Source: Promethearchaeota archaeon
GTDB taxonomy: Archaea; Asgardarchaeota; Lokiarchaeia; Sigyniarchaeales; SOKP01
DNA: 37,789 bases
Direction of reading: 5' to 3'
NCBI GenBank assembly: GCA_011364925.1
Contig: RDOA01000036.1
Span: 1-37,789, forward strand
The notes beneath the pieces are model-generated. The model worked only from the letters and a program-made list of their open reading frames with translations. It did no database searches and was not told the DNA's origin. The position numbers and the translations under genes are program-made. This document shows positions 18,731 through 27,980 of the stretch, one piece after another (within the stretch, counting starts at the first letter, position 1; each line of letters starts with the position of its first letter).

Positions 18731-19111
18731 TTATTTTTTCTTCTTGTTCAGGAACAAATAACCAAGCGATTTCATCGTCCGGGATAGTCTAATCGCCTTC
18801 ATTATCTTACTCTTATCAAGATTCGCAGGAAGCCGGAGATTTCCTTTATTGAACTTCATTATTTTAATGAATTCAAAAATGCCTTCAACTAAGGCTTTAA
18901 TTTTAAATTCTTGAGGATTATTATCCAATTTGCCTGCAATTAAATTTGCTGAAACAGCGTCTAACATCAATTTTGACACGGGAATTCTTTTTAACCATGC
19001 TAATTCCTCGATTTTATCTTTTGTATCTTCATCTACACGAATCTGAATCCATTTATCTTTTTTCAATTTTTTTTTTGTATTGATTGTATTCAATGTATTG
19101 ACATTTTTCAT
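18731..19111 (-). CDS. Ribbon-helix-helix (CopG/Arc-like) DNA-binding protein
   Basis: KDKWIQIRVDEDTKDKIEELAWLKRIPVSKLMLDAV fits the beta-strand + helix + S..+..A helix RHH pattern. Confidence 0.7.
   Translation of the reverse strand: MKNVNTLNTINTKKKLKKDKWIQIRVDEDTKDKIEELAWLKRIPVSKLMLDAVSANLIAGKLDNNPQEFKIKALVEGIFEFIKIMKFNKGNLRLPANLDKSKIMKAIRLSRTMKSLGYLFLNKKKK
19076..19102 (-). promoter_or_regulatory. Three tandem 9-bp repeats (GTCAATACA/TTGAATACA/ATCAATACA) at the 5' end of the RHH gene
   Basis: Same AAAAATGTCAATAC lead-in and 9-bp period as 16002-16028. Confidence 0.5.
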
Positions 19112-19545
19112 TTGTATAAATCACCCTCAAAAAAATTATTAGATTTAACGTAATTATTTAATAGTGGTTCGGTAGAAACATTTGTTTTATATCCAAAATC
19201 ATTAGCCAATTGTAAAGATAGAAAGCGATCTTTGAATCTTGGAGTATTCTTCTCCCATATTTCCAATGTAAAGTCATCTATACTTGTAATCGTTATCCTA
19301 TATTGAATTTTTTCTTTATATTTCCATAACGCGGAAACTGTTTTTGTCAAGGTAGCTAAATATGGTTTAGTAGTAATTAATACATCGTTTCCAGCCTTAA
19401 ACAATTTCCTTACAACTTTTAAATCACTCCATTCTTTAATTCCCGTTGCTTTCTTCTTTACTCTTTGCCTTACTTCAGTAATTTTTCCTTTTTCACCTCT
19501 ACTTATACCAACTTTCTTCAGTTTAAACCATAAAATAAAAAAAAG
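19108..19545 (-). pseudogene. Internally deleted radical-SAM-like (SPL/DUF5131-like) gene remnant
   Basis: The frame is open upstream of the listed ORF: ...KKKATGIKEWSD joined directly to LKVVRKLFKAGNDVLITTKP...RITITS...WE...P....R...L.....G....VS.EP. The CxxxCxxC region expected after the TGxxEW motif is absent. Confidence 0.5.
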
Positions 19546-19676
19546 TCAAATTGGAGATTCGTTAATTCTTTTTGTTAAACCTATTCCTTCAATGAAAACA
19601 ATATTGGGATTCACTTTCGAGATTCTGAAGTTCCCTGCTTTTTCTTCCCAATAAATATTAGTTTTTATGGGCATAA

Positions 19677-19847
19677 TTATTCAATTTCGCCTCTGTAGGC
19701 GGTTTCAACTATATTTTCATCTCTGATTAGTACAACTCCAACTTTAGGATGAATTTCTTCATCTTCATTCTTACAATTTAATGAGATTTCGATTGCTTTT
19801 TCAATACCTCTAATTATATAATCAGGAATATTGTATTGATTAGTCAT
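19677..19847 (-). pseudogene. Truncated cytidine/RibD-type deaminase N-terminus (56 aa)
   Basis: Manual translation MTNQYNIPDYIIRGIEKAIEISLNCKNEDEEIHPKVGVVLIRDENIVETAYRGEIE*. It has PxVG-hydrophobic and A.RGE, and stops just before the expected HAE zinc motif. Confidence 0.55.
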
Positions 19848-20081
19848 TTCATCTATGAAATTATAATTTTAGACCTTCTTTTTAAATAGTCTTATTTTAA
19901 GTATTGGATTCCAACTAAATAAATTAATATTATTTATTAATTTTTAATTATCTTTGTCGAGAAATCCTCTTCCTTGAGGAAAATGGATTCTAACATTTTT
20001 ATTTTGTATATCATTATAAATAATTGAATTTCCTTTAGACAAATAGAATTTAATTATAATCATTATAATAACGTAATAAAA

Positions 20082-21929
20082 ATGGGATTAGATATTAATA
20101 TCTACAATTTTTTTGATATAATTAAGGAATCTTATAGGTTCATAGACTTTAGAAGCATATTGTATAGAAAAAATAAAGTGTGGATTCGATTTCTAACTAT
20201 ATTGAGATTTTCTAATGAATCAGAAGAAGAAATAAAAAAAAGGTATGAAATACTTAAATTAAGGCGCTATAAAACTGACAATTTAATAATTGATTATCAA
20301 ATTCTCGAAGTTTCTGAATGGGAAGATAAGATTATTAGTATTTACGATGAACTTAATGAAGAGTTCGAAATATATGACTACAACGATTTTAGATACGATT
20401 ATAACAAATATAATAAATTCTTGGAGGATATGTTTAGCGATGTTAAAATCTCTCTGAATACACCCAATAGGAGATTCTTTTTAACTGAAAACGAGCTCAG
20501 TGAAAATAATCTAATTACTTTTAATTTAGGGTTTAATACAAATGAAAAACACTTAAATTTTAGTAATGTTGCGAATAGAGAAATTTTACTTTTAGGAGAT
20601 AATAATATCTATGATGTTATAAATCGTACATTTCAACTTGAGGGTTATGATTCAAACAACAATTTAAACATTTTAATTAATTTCCCGATATATTTCAGAT
20701 TTGTTAATTTACAATTTTCACAGCAGCAGCTAAGTGGAAAAATTATATATCATAAAATATATAAAGGCTCAAAAATCTTTTTCAGAATCTATTCTGAACC
20801 AAGTTTTCGTGAGGAATTTTTTGTAGGTGATAAAAATTTTATCATTGGAGAAGATTCTGAAGAAAATGTTGAGAAAAATAATGGACTAATTGAATGTTCT
20901 TTTAATATTTCTTTTAAAGAATTTGATTGCGATCCTAATTTTAAAATCAGAGTATACTGGAATAAAATTAAAACAAATATACTAGATTACCAGAATTCAT
21001 TCGATACTCCACGATATAATAAATTATTTGAAGAAATGAACTCTGAAATTAAATCTGAAGAAAAAAAATTGACTATTGATGATACCATTCAATTCAATGA
21101 AAATTTTATCGATATTGATTTTTCAGATTATGACCTTACATATTATAAATCATACATCGAATTAATTAACGGGATTGCTATTCATCCCGATTTCTATATG
21201 ATCTTACCACTTTTGTTGAGGACATTATTTGAAAATCTCCTCAAAGATATTTTCGCTCAAAGTCTGCACAATTCTAGTTCCGATCTTTATTATAGAGGAG
21301 GGAATCGACATCATGATTTTTCTAAGTTAATTGCTTTGTTAGATCTTCTCAAGGATAATGAATATGGTCCTTACATAAGTGGAAAAATAACAAAAGAGGT
21401 TATAAACGAATTAGAGGATATTCGTGAAATGGGAAACATAACGGTACATGATATTATACGTAAAACCCCATCAACTTATACTAAAGAAAAAAAGGATAAA
21501 ACAATAATAACTTTAAAACCTCTGCTAGTGGCATATAAGAATCTTAATGGAAAAAATATCCTTGTTAAAAATGAAAGGAAATATCAAATTAAACTTAAGT
21601 TGGGATTAATAAAAAAAGAAGATAAAAAAGATCAAACCAAAAGTAAAAAGAAAAAAAAATCAATAAAAAATAATCAGATTACGGACACCTCAAAAATATC
21701 AAGTCTCATGTCAGAAATAAGAGCTCTAATAACGAGTGATTCCATTGATTCTTTAAATATTCGAAATAAAATGGATGAACTTTTACTCAATTTGAAACCG
21801 TTACTTAACAATAGACAACGTGATGCCCTTGGAAAAATATACATTATCTTTAATCAATTCGTAGAGTCTGGATTTAAAGATTCTGCGCAAATTTTGTTTG
21901 ATGCGATAAATAAGATAATTTTAGGATGA
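20082..21929 (+). CDS. 615-aa protein with putative HEPN (DUF4145-like) domain
   Basis: LLRTLFENLL ... FSKLIALL ... LEDIREMGNITVH matches the R..E / R..GN...H HEPN arrangement. Very AT-rich. Confidence 0.55.
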   Translation: MGLDINIYNFFDIIKESYRFIDFRSILYRKNKVWIRFLTILRFSNESEEEIKKRYEILKLRRYKTDNLIIDYQILEVSEWEDKIISIYDELNEEFEIYDYNDFRYDYNKYNKFLEDMFSDVKISLNTPNRRFFLTENELSENNLITFNLGFNTNEKHLNFSNVANREILLLGDNNIYDVINRTFQLEGYDSNNNLNILINFPIYFRFVNLQFSQQQLSGKIIYHKIYKGSKIFFRIYSEPSFREEFFVGDKNFIIGEDSEENVEKNNGLIECSFNISFKEFDCDPNFKIRVYWNKIKTNILDYQNSFDTPRYNKLFEEMNSEIKSEEKKLTIDDTIQFNENFIDIDFSDYDLTYYKSYIELINGIAIHPDFYMILPLLLRTLFENLLKDIFAQSLHNSSSDLYYRGGNRHHDFSKLIALLDLLKDNEYGPYISGKITKEVINELEDIREMGNITVHDIIRKTPSTYTKEKKDKTIITLKPLLVAYKNLNGKNILVKNERKYQIKLKLGLIKKEDKKDQTKSKKKKKSIKNNQITDTSKISSLMSEIRALITSDSIDSLNIRNKMDELLLNLKPLLNNRQRDALGKIYIIFNQFVESGFKDSAQILFDAINKIILG

Positions 21930-21930
21930 T

Positions 21931-22032
21931 AGACATGTAAAAGATATTACTGCGCAATTCTTTGCAGAAATTCCAAAAGTTATGGAAGATAAAGGATACT
22001 ACGATTGGGTTTCAGCAAGAATCAAAAAATAA
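21931..22032 (+). pseudogene. cdhD: Displaced duplicate of the cdhD 3' end (att-like remnant)
   Basis: Translates RHVKDITAQFFAEIPKVMEDKGYYDWVSARIKK* versus CdhD KHVREITQQFFGEIPKHLEAKGYYDWVSARIKR* (24/33 aa, 76/102 nt by manual count). Confidence 0.92.
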
Positions 22033-22047
22033 ATCTTTTTAAATCAC

Positions 22048-23412
22048 TTATTTTTTCTTTTTTTTCCTTAAATTTAATACAAAAAACAAGGTTACCAATT
22101 CTATACAAGCAAAAGCAATAAGAGAATAAAATTCTGAATCAAGATGAGTCAAGTAGTTAGTCATTAAAGTGATAAATAGTAAAGCCATAAAAACCATACC
22201 TAACAGATTGATGATGGGTTTACTTTGAATAACTTTACGTGATTTAAATGCGGTGTAATTAATTATAAAAAAAACTTGAGCGAAAATTAATCCAGCAATT
22301 CCTGCTATAGCTAATGCTCCACCGGTAATTAAAGATAATACAACGCTAAAAACACCAGTGATGATAATCGAATTATAAGGGACTTTATTCTTGCTTATTT
22401 TTGAAAAAAATCTTGGAAATACTTTATTAAAAGATACCATATATGCTAATCTCGAAGAACCTAGCATAGTTGCATTTAAAGAACTGGAGGTGGAAAGTAA
22501 CGCACCTATAATCATAACAAACATTCCGAGAGGACCCATAAAGTTAGATGCCGCATTTGCTATGGCTATTTCTGCATCGGAACTGCTCCCCCCGACTAAT
22601 CCTGAAACTCCTAGCACTGCTACTGCTGTAAAAGCTACAGCAATATAAATTAACATTGAAATAATTAAAGACCATTTCATCGTTTTCAACCCTCCATTAA
22701 CATCCTTCATTTCATAGGAATGATAGGCTATCAATTGAAATCCAACATAGGAAACTATAATTGAACCACTTCCAATGAAAATATCAGGGAATTTACTAAA
22801 TAATCCAGTATTGAATCCGACATTAGTTAAAAGCGTATTAGGAGTTTTGAGCGAATAATTAAGTCCAAAAATTACAAATAGGATGAGAATCAGTATCTGT
22901 AAGCTCACAATTATGTTCTGGATTCGAGAAGATTCTTTTGCACCCTTTAAGTTGACCAAAGCAAACATAGAAATTATAAAAGCAATAATTATGCTTATAA
23001 CTATAAAGTCATATTTAATATTGAATATGAGTAGAAAATAAATCGAGAAAGTATATGCGTACAGAGCCATAGTACTAATATAACCAAAATAGAGTAGAAT
23101 TCCAATAAACGGTCCTAAAAATGCTAGAGATGTATCACAAAAAACCTGTGAGACACAAGAATATTCTCCGCCGGGATCGCTCCATTTCTTAGTGAGTTTG
23201 GTATAAGAATATACATTGAATAATCCAATACATCCTGTAATCAAGTAAGACATATAAGCATATGGTCCGGTATAGGTAGAAATAGCCCCAATAACGCTGA
23301 AAATACCGCCTCCAATTAATCCTCCAATTCCAATCATTAAACAACTAAATTTACTTAAATGTTTATGAAATAAATGAGCTTCCGTCTTAACTGTTATTTC
23401 TGGCTTTTCCAT
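22048..23412 (-). CDS. APC-superfamily amino acid permease
   Basis: ~12 TMs, TM1 GIGGLIGGGIF, PGGEY, TM6 SYVGFQ, SRLAY...FP.FFSKI....VP. Confidence 0.9.
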   Translation of the reverse strand: MEKPEITVKTEAHLFHKHLSKFSCLMIGIGGLIGGGIFSVIGAISTYTGPYAYMSYLITGCIGLFNVYSYTKLTKKWSDPGGEYSCVSQVFCDTSLAFLGPFIGILLYFGYISTMALYAYTFSIYFLLIFNIKYDFIVISIIIAFIISMFALVNLKGAKESSRIQNIIVSLQILILILFVIFGLNYSLKTPNTLLTNVGFNTGLFSKFPDIFIGSGSIIVSYVGFQLIAYHSYEMKDVNGGLKTMKWSLIISMLIYIAVAFTAVAVLGVSGLVGGSSSDAEIAIANAASNFMGPLGMFVMIIGALLSTSSSLNATMLGSSRLAYMVSFNKVFPRFFSKISKNKVPYNSIIITGVFSVVLSLITGGALAIAGIAGLIFAQVFFIINYTAFKSRKVIQSKPIINLLGMVFMALLFITLMTNYLTHLDSEFYSLIAFACIELVTLFFVLNLRKKKKK

Positions 23413-23736
23413 AATGCTTAACTCTGTAATTCAAAAAATAGCGAAACAAACCTTCGGAAAATATAAATAGAATTAATTAAATCTGACTTAAAAAAATATC
23501 CTTTAAATTCTAAAGATGTATTTAAGCTTTATGGTTTCATGATTTAGATGTACTTAATTTTTCTTAAGGAACTTAAATATAATGGAGAAAAAAGAATGCA
23601 TGGGTGAAAAATTATCTAATATTCCATTAAAAATAGCAGAATTCACCTAGAATTCTATGAAAAAATCAACTTTGAGCACTATAATATCGGTAATAAGGTG
23701 TATCGGCTTAATTGGTTAAAAAAATTAAAAGTTATA

Positions 23737-23967
23737 TTATTTGATTTTCTTTATCCTAATGAAATAGTCTTCCCCTTCAATTTTGAAATCTACAACTGAA
23801 TCTCCATGCGTTTCTATATACCGCTTAATGTTTTCACCAGATTCTCCAAAATCTCCCGATACTTCTAAAATTTCACCAATTTCCATTTCAGCTAATTTCT
23901 TTTTAGTCCGAGCAACTGGTAAAGGGCAAACTAATCCATCAAGCTTTAAATTATATGTTTTACTCAA
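23737..23967 (-). CDS. tusA: TusA/SirA-family sulfur carrier
   Basis: LDGLVCPLPV..TKKKL..M..GEILEV..D. Confidence 0.88.
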   Translation of the reverse strand: MSKTYNLKLDGLVCPLPVARTKKKLAEMEIGEILEVSGDFGESGENIKRYIETHGDSVVDFKIEGEDYFIRIKKIK

Positions 23968-23988
23968 ATTTCATCATCTCATTATAAT

Positions 23989-24348
23989 TTAACTAAATAA
24001 AATATTATCTGCTTGGACGCACATATCTACAAATCCGTTCATGGTTGTAATTTCAATCCCTTCAATCAACTCTTCTGCAGAAACGCCTCTAGCTTTAATA
24101 CAGACCCCACACGCTTTTATTTCCCCACCTTCATCGATAACATCTCTAATCCATTTTTCGACATTATCATAAGTTGAAGGATTTTGACCTTTTTTACCAA
24201 CAAAAACGCCATCTTCAACTAAAAAAATATTGATTTTATGACCTTCCAGTAAGGCAGTATAGGCGAATCTTAACATCGTATAAGGTCTTTCGGAAGAGTA
24301 TGCACCGTTTCCAATTACAATCGTGAAAGTTTTTATCTTCTCTGGCAT
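23989..24348 (-). CDS. dsrE: DsrE/TusD-family sulfurtransferase
   Basis: AYSSER, IFLVEDGV, ACGVCIKARG. Confidence 0.85.
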   Translation of the reverse strand: MPEKIKTFTIVIGNGAYSSERPYTMLRFAYTALLEGHKINIFLVEDGVFVGKKGQNPSTYDNVEKWIRDVIDEGGEIKACGVCIKARGVSAEELIEGIEITTMNGFVDMCVQADNILFS

Positions 24349-24529
24349 GATACATTACTTAAAAATTAACATTAATCTATTAGATAGGTTAGAGAAATAA
24401 TAAGGATTTATTAATTTTTTCGTATAGATTTATTTATATTTTCGATAAATTAATTAATTATTGTAAAGCAATATTTAATTGGAATTACTTGATATTTCTT
24501 CAATATAACCAAATAGCAAAGTAAGAAAA

Positions 24530-25438
24530 ATGAACATTGAATACCTAAGAAACTTCGTCAAATTAGCGAATTACAAAAGTTTCTCAGAATTGGCTCGAGA
24601 TTTGCCCATTTCTCAGAGTACGCTCTCACATCAAATATCTCAGCTTGAGAAAGAATTTGGAGTCATACTAATAAATAGAAGTACAAAGAAATTTGAACTA
24701 ACTGAAGCTGGAGCGATTTTTTTAGAATATACTCGTAAGATCATCGAATTATTCGATACGTGCGTAGAAGAGATATCAAAATATAAAGATGTGAGTTATG
24801 AAGAAATAGTCATCTCGGCCTCGACAACTCCCGGTTCTCATATACTACCTCGAGATATTGCTGATTATCGGGATAAAAATCCAAACGTAACTTTTAAAAT
24901 AAAAATTAATAATTCACAGGAATCAATAGAAAATATTATTAAAAATGTGGCAGACTTTGCCGGTATAGGTAATTTCATTAATTATAATAGAGATGATTTC
25001 GATTTTATTAAAATTGGAGAAGACCAACTCAAGTTTATTTGCTCACCTAAACATAAATTATTAAAAAGTGCGAATAATCTAGTAAGTTTCTCTGAACTAG
25101 TCAAATTTCCTTTTATATGGCGGGAAAAAGGTTCAGGGATGAGAAATGCGTTTGAACAACAGTTTCCAGATTATAAAAGGTTAAAAGTTAAACTCGAGAT
25201 GAATGACAATGATTCTATAATTTCAGCAGTGAGTGAATCAAATTACATTAGCATAATGAGCGAAATTATGGCTAACAAGGCGGAAAAAGCAGGTTTAATA
25301 CGCACGTTGGAGATTAAAGGAGCCCCTGTAATAGTGAAGAGAGATTTGTTTTTCATTAAACTAAAAGGTAAGGAATTAAGCAAAATAAAAGCGGATTTTT
25401 GGGAGTATATAAGCAATAAAACAAAAATACATGAATAA
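24530..25438 (+). CDS. LysR-family transcriptional regulator (CysL-like)
   Basis: HTH SFSELARDLPISQSTLSHQISQLEKEFG..L..R; ASTTPG..ILP; REKGSG.R. Divergent from dsrE-tusA. Confidence 0.92.
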   Translation: MNIEYLRNFVKLANYKSFSELARDLPISQSTLSHQISQLEKEFGVILINRSTKKFELTEAGAIFLEYTRKIIELFDTCVEEISKYKDVSYEEIVISASTTPGSHILPRDIADYRDKNPNVTFKIKINNSQESIENIIKNVADFAGIGNFINYNRDDFDFIKIGEDQLKFICSPKHKLLKSANNLVSFSELVKFPFIWREKGSGMRNAFEQQFPDYKRLKVKLEMNDNDSIISAVSESNYISIMSEIMANKAEKAGLIRTLEIKGAPVIVKRDLFFIKLKGKELSKIKADFWEYISNKTKIHE

Positions 25439-25517
25439 ATTATTACCTTATTCTCCTTAACTAATTGTTCTTTTGTAAGGTAGAAAAAGCTAAAAAAAAG
25501 AGAGAGTTATAGATAAA

Positions 25518-26939
25518 TTATTTAATTAAAGCTCCCGTTTTATCAAAATTCAGAAAATAACTAATTTTTTCTTTAAGAGGATAGAGTCCTTCTTTAAACA
25601 AAGTAATAAGGAAGATTGCAATGAAAAGGATGGATCCTAATCCTGGAGCGAAATTACTTGCTACATCGACTAACGTTGACGAAGGATCGAATGAAAAAAT
25701 AGTAAATATTAAGGAGCCGACTGCAACCAAAATTGAGATAAAAGAAATAACAACTGCCGTCCTTTTACTTATATCTAAATGTAAAGGACCGATATCTAAA
25801 TGAAAGTGTTTAGGTTGAACTATTATTGATAAAATTGAGTGGTTAATAATGTTGTCTTCAAAATCAATATACACGTGTAAATGTCTTCTTTCACCTTCTT
25901 TTTTATCCTTTTTACTACGATTCTTATTTTTTATCGGAAGCACTGAAAAAATCATAACCGGTGGATTTACCGCGTCTTTACTGACCTCTACTTTCCCGTA
26001 TAATGGATGCACTTCAAATCCTTCTCCTTCCACTCTTAAATCTAAAATTGGAGGCTCTTTTTTTGTAGTTTTTATCACAAAAGAAGTTTCAAATATAGTC
26101 TTTCCTTCCTCGTCTATGATTTTCAATTCTTTGTGAGAAAAGTAAACATAAAACAAATAACTCGTTTGCTCCATCATAACAGAATAGTATTGAAGCCCCA
26201 TATTTATTTCGTAAACCCTTTGTTTAGGTTCTTCTACCTTTCCTTCGTCTTTAGGGGGTTCACCGAGTACTCTTTCTTTCTCAACATATTGTAATTCATC
26301 GATAACAGATCTAGCTGGTGCTCCAGCTCCTGGTGGTGGAGGAGGCGCAGAAGGAGCCATTGAAGGTTCTGGCGGTGCCATTTCCTCCTCTTCTTCCATT
26401 AATTTGAACTCACCAAACTTCTCATCTCTCGACATTACCACTTCTTCATCAATAAAAATCCCATTGTCTGAATCCTCCATCTCATAGACACTTTCTTTCT
26501 TTTTCGCTTTTGCTGCTGGTTTTGGAGCTGGTGCCGAACGCTTTGCCTTTTGATTTTTAAACTTCTCCTTTTTTGCTTCCTTTTTTGATGCCTCTCTCTC
26601 TTTCGGTGCTTTTTCTCTTATATCTGCTTTCGGCTCTTTTTTCTCTTCTTGTTGTTCTTTTTGTTTCTTTGATATCAATTTCAATTGTTTTAATTTCGTT
26701 CTCTCTGAAAGAGCTTTAAGGGTTACAAAATCCACAAAAGCAATGTTTTGTCTAGTCAGGTGAGTACCCTCGAGTGAATTGTAAATATCATCCAATATCG
26801 TTGCAATGCGCACAGATTTCTTATAATTACCAATGAACACAAATTCAGGTAAGTATACAGATAAAACTTCTGTTTTTTTATCATAAAAGATTTTGTTTGT
26901 TTCAATTTCAAGTTTTTCTAGAGTTTGTAATGTTTCCAT
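25518..26939 (-). CDS. Hypothetical membrane-anchored protein with Lys-rich, acidic and Pro-rich linkers
   Basis: Low-complexity middle (APAPKPAAK; EEEEEMAPPEPSMAPSAPPPPPG), a beta-rich domain and two C-terminal TMs. Confidence 0.75.
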   Translation of the reverse strand: METLQTLEKLEIETNKIFYDKKTEVLSVYLPEFVFIGNYKKSVRIATILDDIYNSLEGTHLTRQNIAFVDFVTLKALSERTKLKQLKLISKKQKEQQEEKKEPKADIREKAPKEREASKKEAKKEKFKNQKAKRSAPAPKPAAKAKKKESVYEMEDSDNGIFIDEEVVMSRDEKFGEFKLMEEEEEMAPPEPSMAPSAPPPPPGAGAPARSVIDELQYVEKERVLGEPPKDEGKVEEPKQRVYEINMGLQYYSVMMEQTSYLFYVYFSHKELKIIDEEGKTIFETSFVIKTTKKEPPILDLRVEGEGFEVHPLYGKVEVSKDAVNPPVMIFSVLPIKNKNRSKKDKKEGERRHLHVYIDFEDNIINHSILSIIVQPKHFHLDIGPLHLDISKRTAVVISFISILVAVGSLIFTIFSFDPSSTLVDVASNFAPGLGSILFIAIFLITLFKEGLYPLKEKISYFLNFDKTGALIK

Positions 26940-26969
26940 AATACTTTCTCCATGAAAATTCTTTTAAAA

Positions 26970-27980
26970 CTATTGACCTTTAAGGTCTCTTAGGTATGCT
27001 TTAAATTCCAAGACATATTTTTTAATATCTTTTAATTTTTCTATTTTTATATCTTTACCTATCACTTTTTCAATAGCGTCGTTCATCAATTGAAGGTCTT
27101 TATAAGCTTTAAAACTATCATAGATTGCTGTTTCAAAATTAGATGTCCATGGCTTTAACTTCGGATTGGAATCAATTCCTCTTAAGTCCCATTGAACGTC
27201 GCTTTTAACTACTTTGGTTAGGGGTTTTATGCTCAATTCGTCCCAGTTCTTGATGATCCATGGTGCATAGCTATGCAATTTGTCGTAGTCTAATTCTAAA
27301 TCATTTTTCCACTCGAATTGATGATCCCAATTAGCGACAGCTATAAAATTTTCGTTATTAGCATGTTCTCCCGGAAAAAATTTCCAAGAATTTCTGTCTA
27401 TTTTAACGCTTTTAAATGGAGTTCCTTCTCCACTTTGAAAGTAATATCCTATAATACTAGATTCTCCTTTATTAGATAAATTGAAGCGTAAATAAACCTC
27501 GATTTGAGTGATATCAATACTACTATTAAATAATTCTTCTTGAAGTAGTTTGTAAAACACATTTTTTGCTTTGTTTGGATGGCATTTTCCTGAAAACACA
27601 GGATAAAATGTAAAACAATAGAACACATTTTCTCCTTGAATGGGTCCTTTATAGACCTCTACCCAATTTTCTAATGGTTTGATTTGCACTTGAGACCGAA
27701 TAAAATAAAACAGCAAAACCGAATCTACAAGGGCTACAACAACGATTATTATAACGAAAAGAACGATGAAGAAATCTACGATTCTAAAAAAGACCGATAA
27801 AGAAATAAATATGAATAAACCTCCAGTTAGAAAGAAAAAGGTAATAAGCAAGTTTAAAGCCTCATGCTCCTTGTCTTTTTTTGAATATAAAATCGTTGGA
27901 GCATTATCAACTATTACTTCTTTGCTGAAGTCGTTTATGAAAGTTTGAAAATCAACTTTATTCCAATCAGAATTAGACAT
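26970..27980 (-). CDS. Hypothetical membrane protein (two N-terminal TMs)
   Basis: Long ORF with a hydrophobic hairpin near residues 42-94; co-oriented with the preceding gene. Confidence 0.75.
   Translation of the reverse strand: MSNSDWNKVDFQTFINDFSKEVIVDNAPTILYSKKDKEHEALNLLITFFFLTGGLFIFISLSVFFRIVDFFIVLFVIIIVVVALVDSVLLFYFIRSQVQIKPLENWVEVYKGPIQGENVFYCFTFYPVFSGKCHPNKAKNVFYKLLQEELFNSSIDITQIEVYLRFNLSNKGESSIIGYYFQSGEGTPFKSVKIDRNSWKFFPGEHANNENFIAVANWDHQFEWKNDLELDYDKLHSYAPWIIKNWDELSIKPLTKVVKSDVQWDLRGIDSNPKLKPWTSNFETAIYDSFKAYKDLQLMNDAIEKVIGKDIKIEKLKDIKKYVLEFKAYLRDLKGQ

Larger units (their letters stand above)
11643..22032. mobile_element. Putative genomic island integrated in the 3' end of cdhD (no integrase recognised)
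   Basis: Bounded by the 102-nt cdhD 3' end (11643-11744) and a diverged direct copy (21931-22032). The interior is enriched in ORFans, gene fragments, RHH and HEPN-like genes. Confidence 0.65.

Noticed and set aside
23582-23650. Short + strand frame MEKKECMGEKLSNIPLKIAEFT*
   Set aside because: Too short and no recognisable homology.
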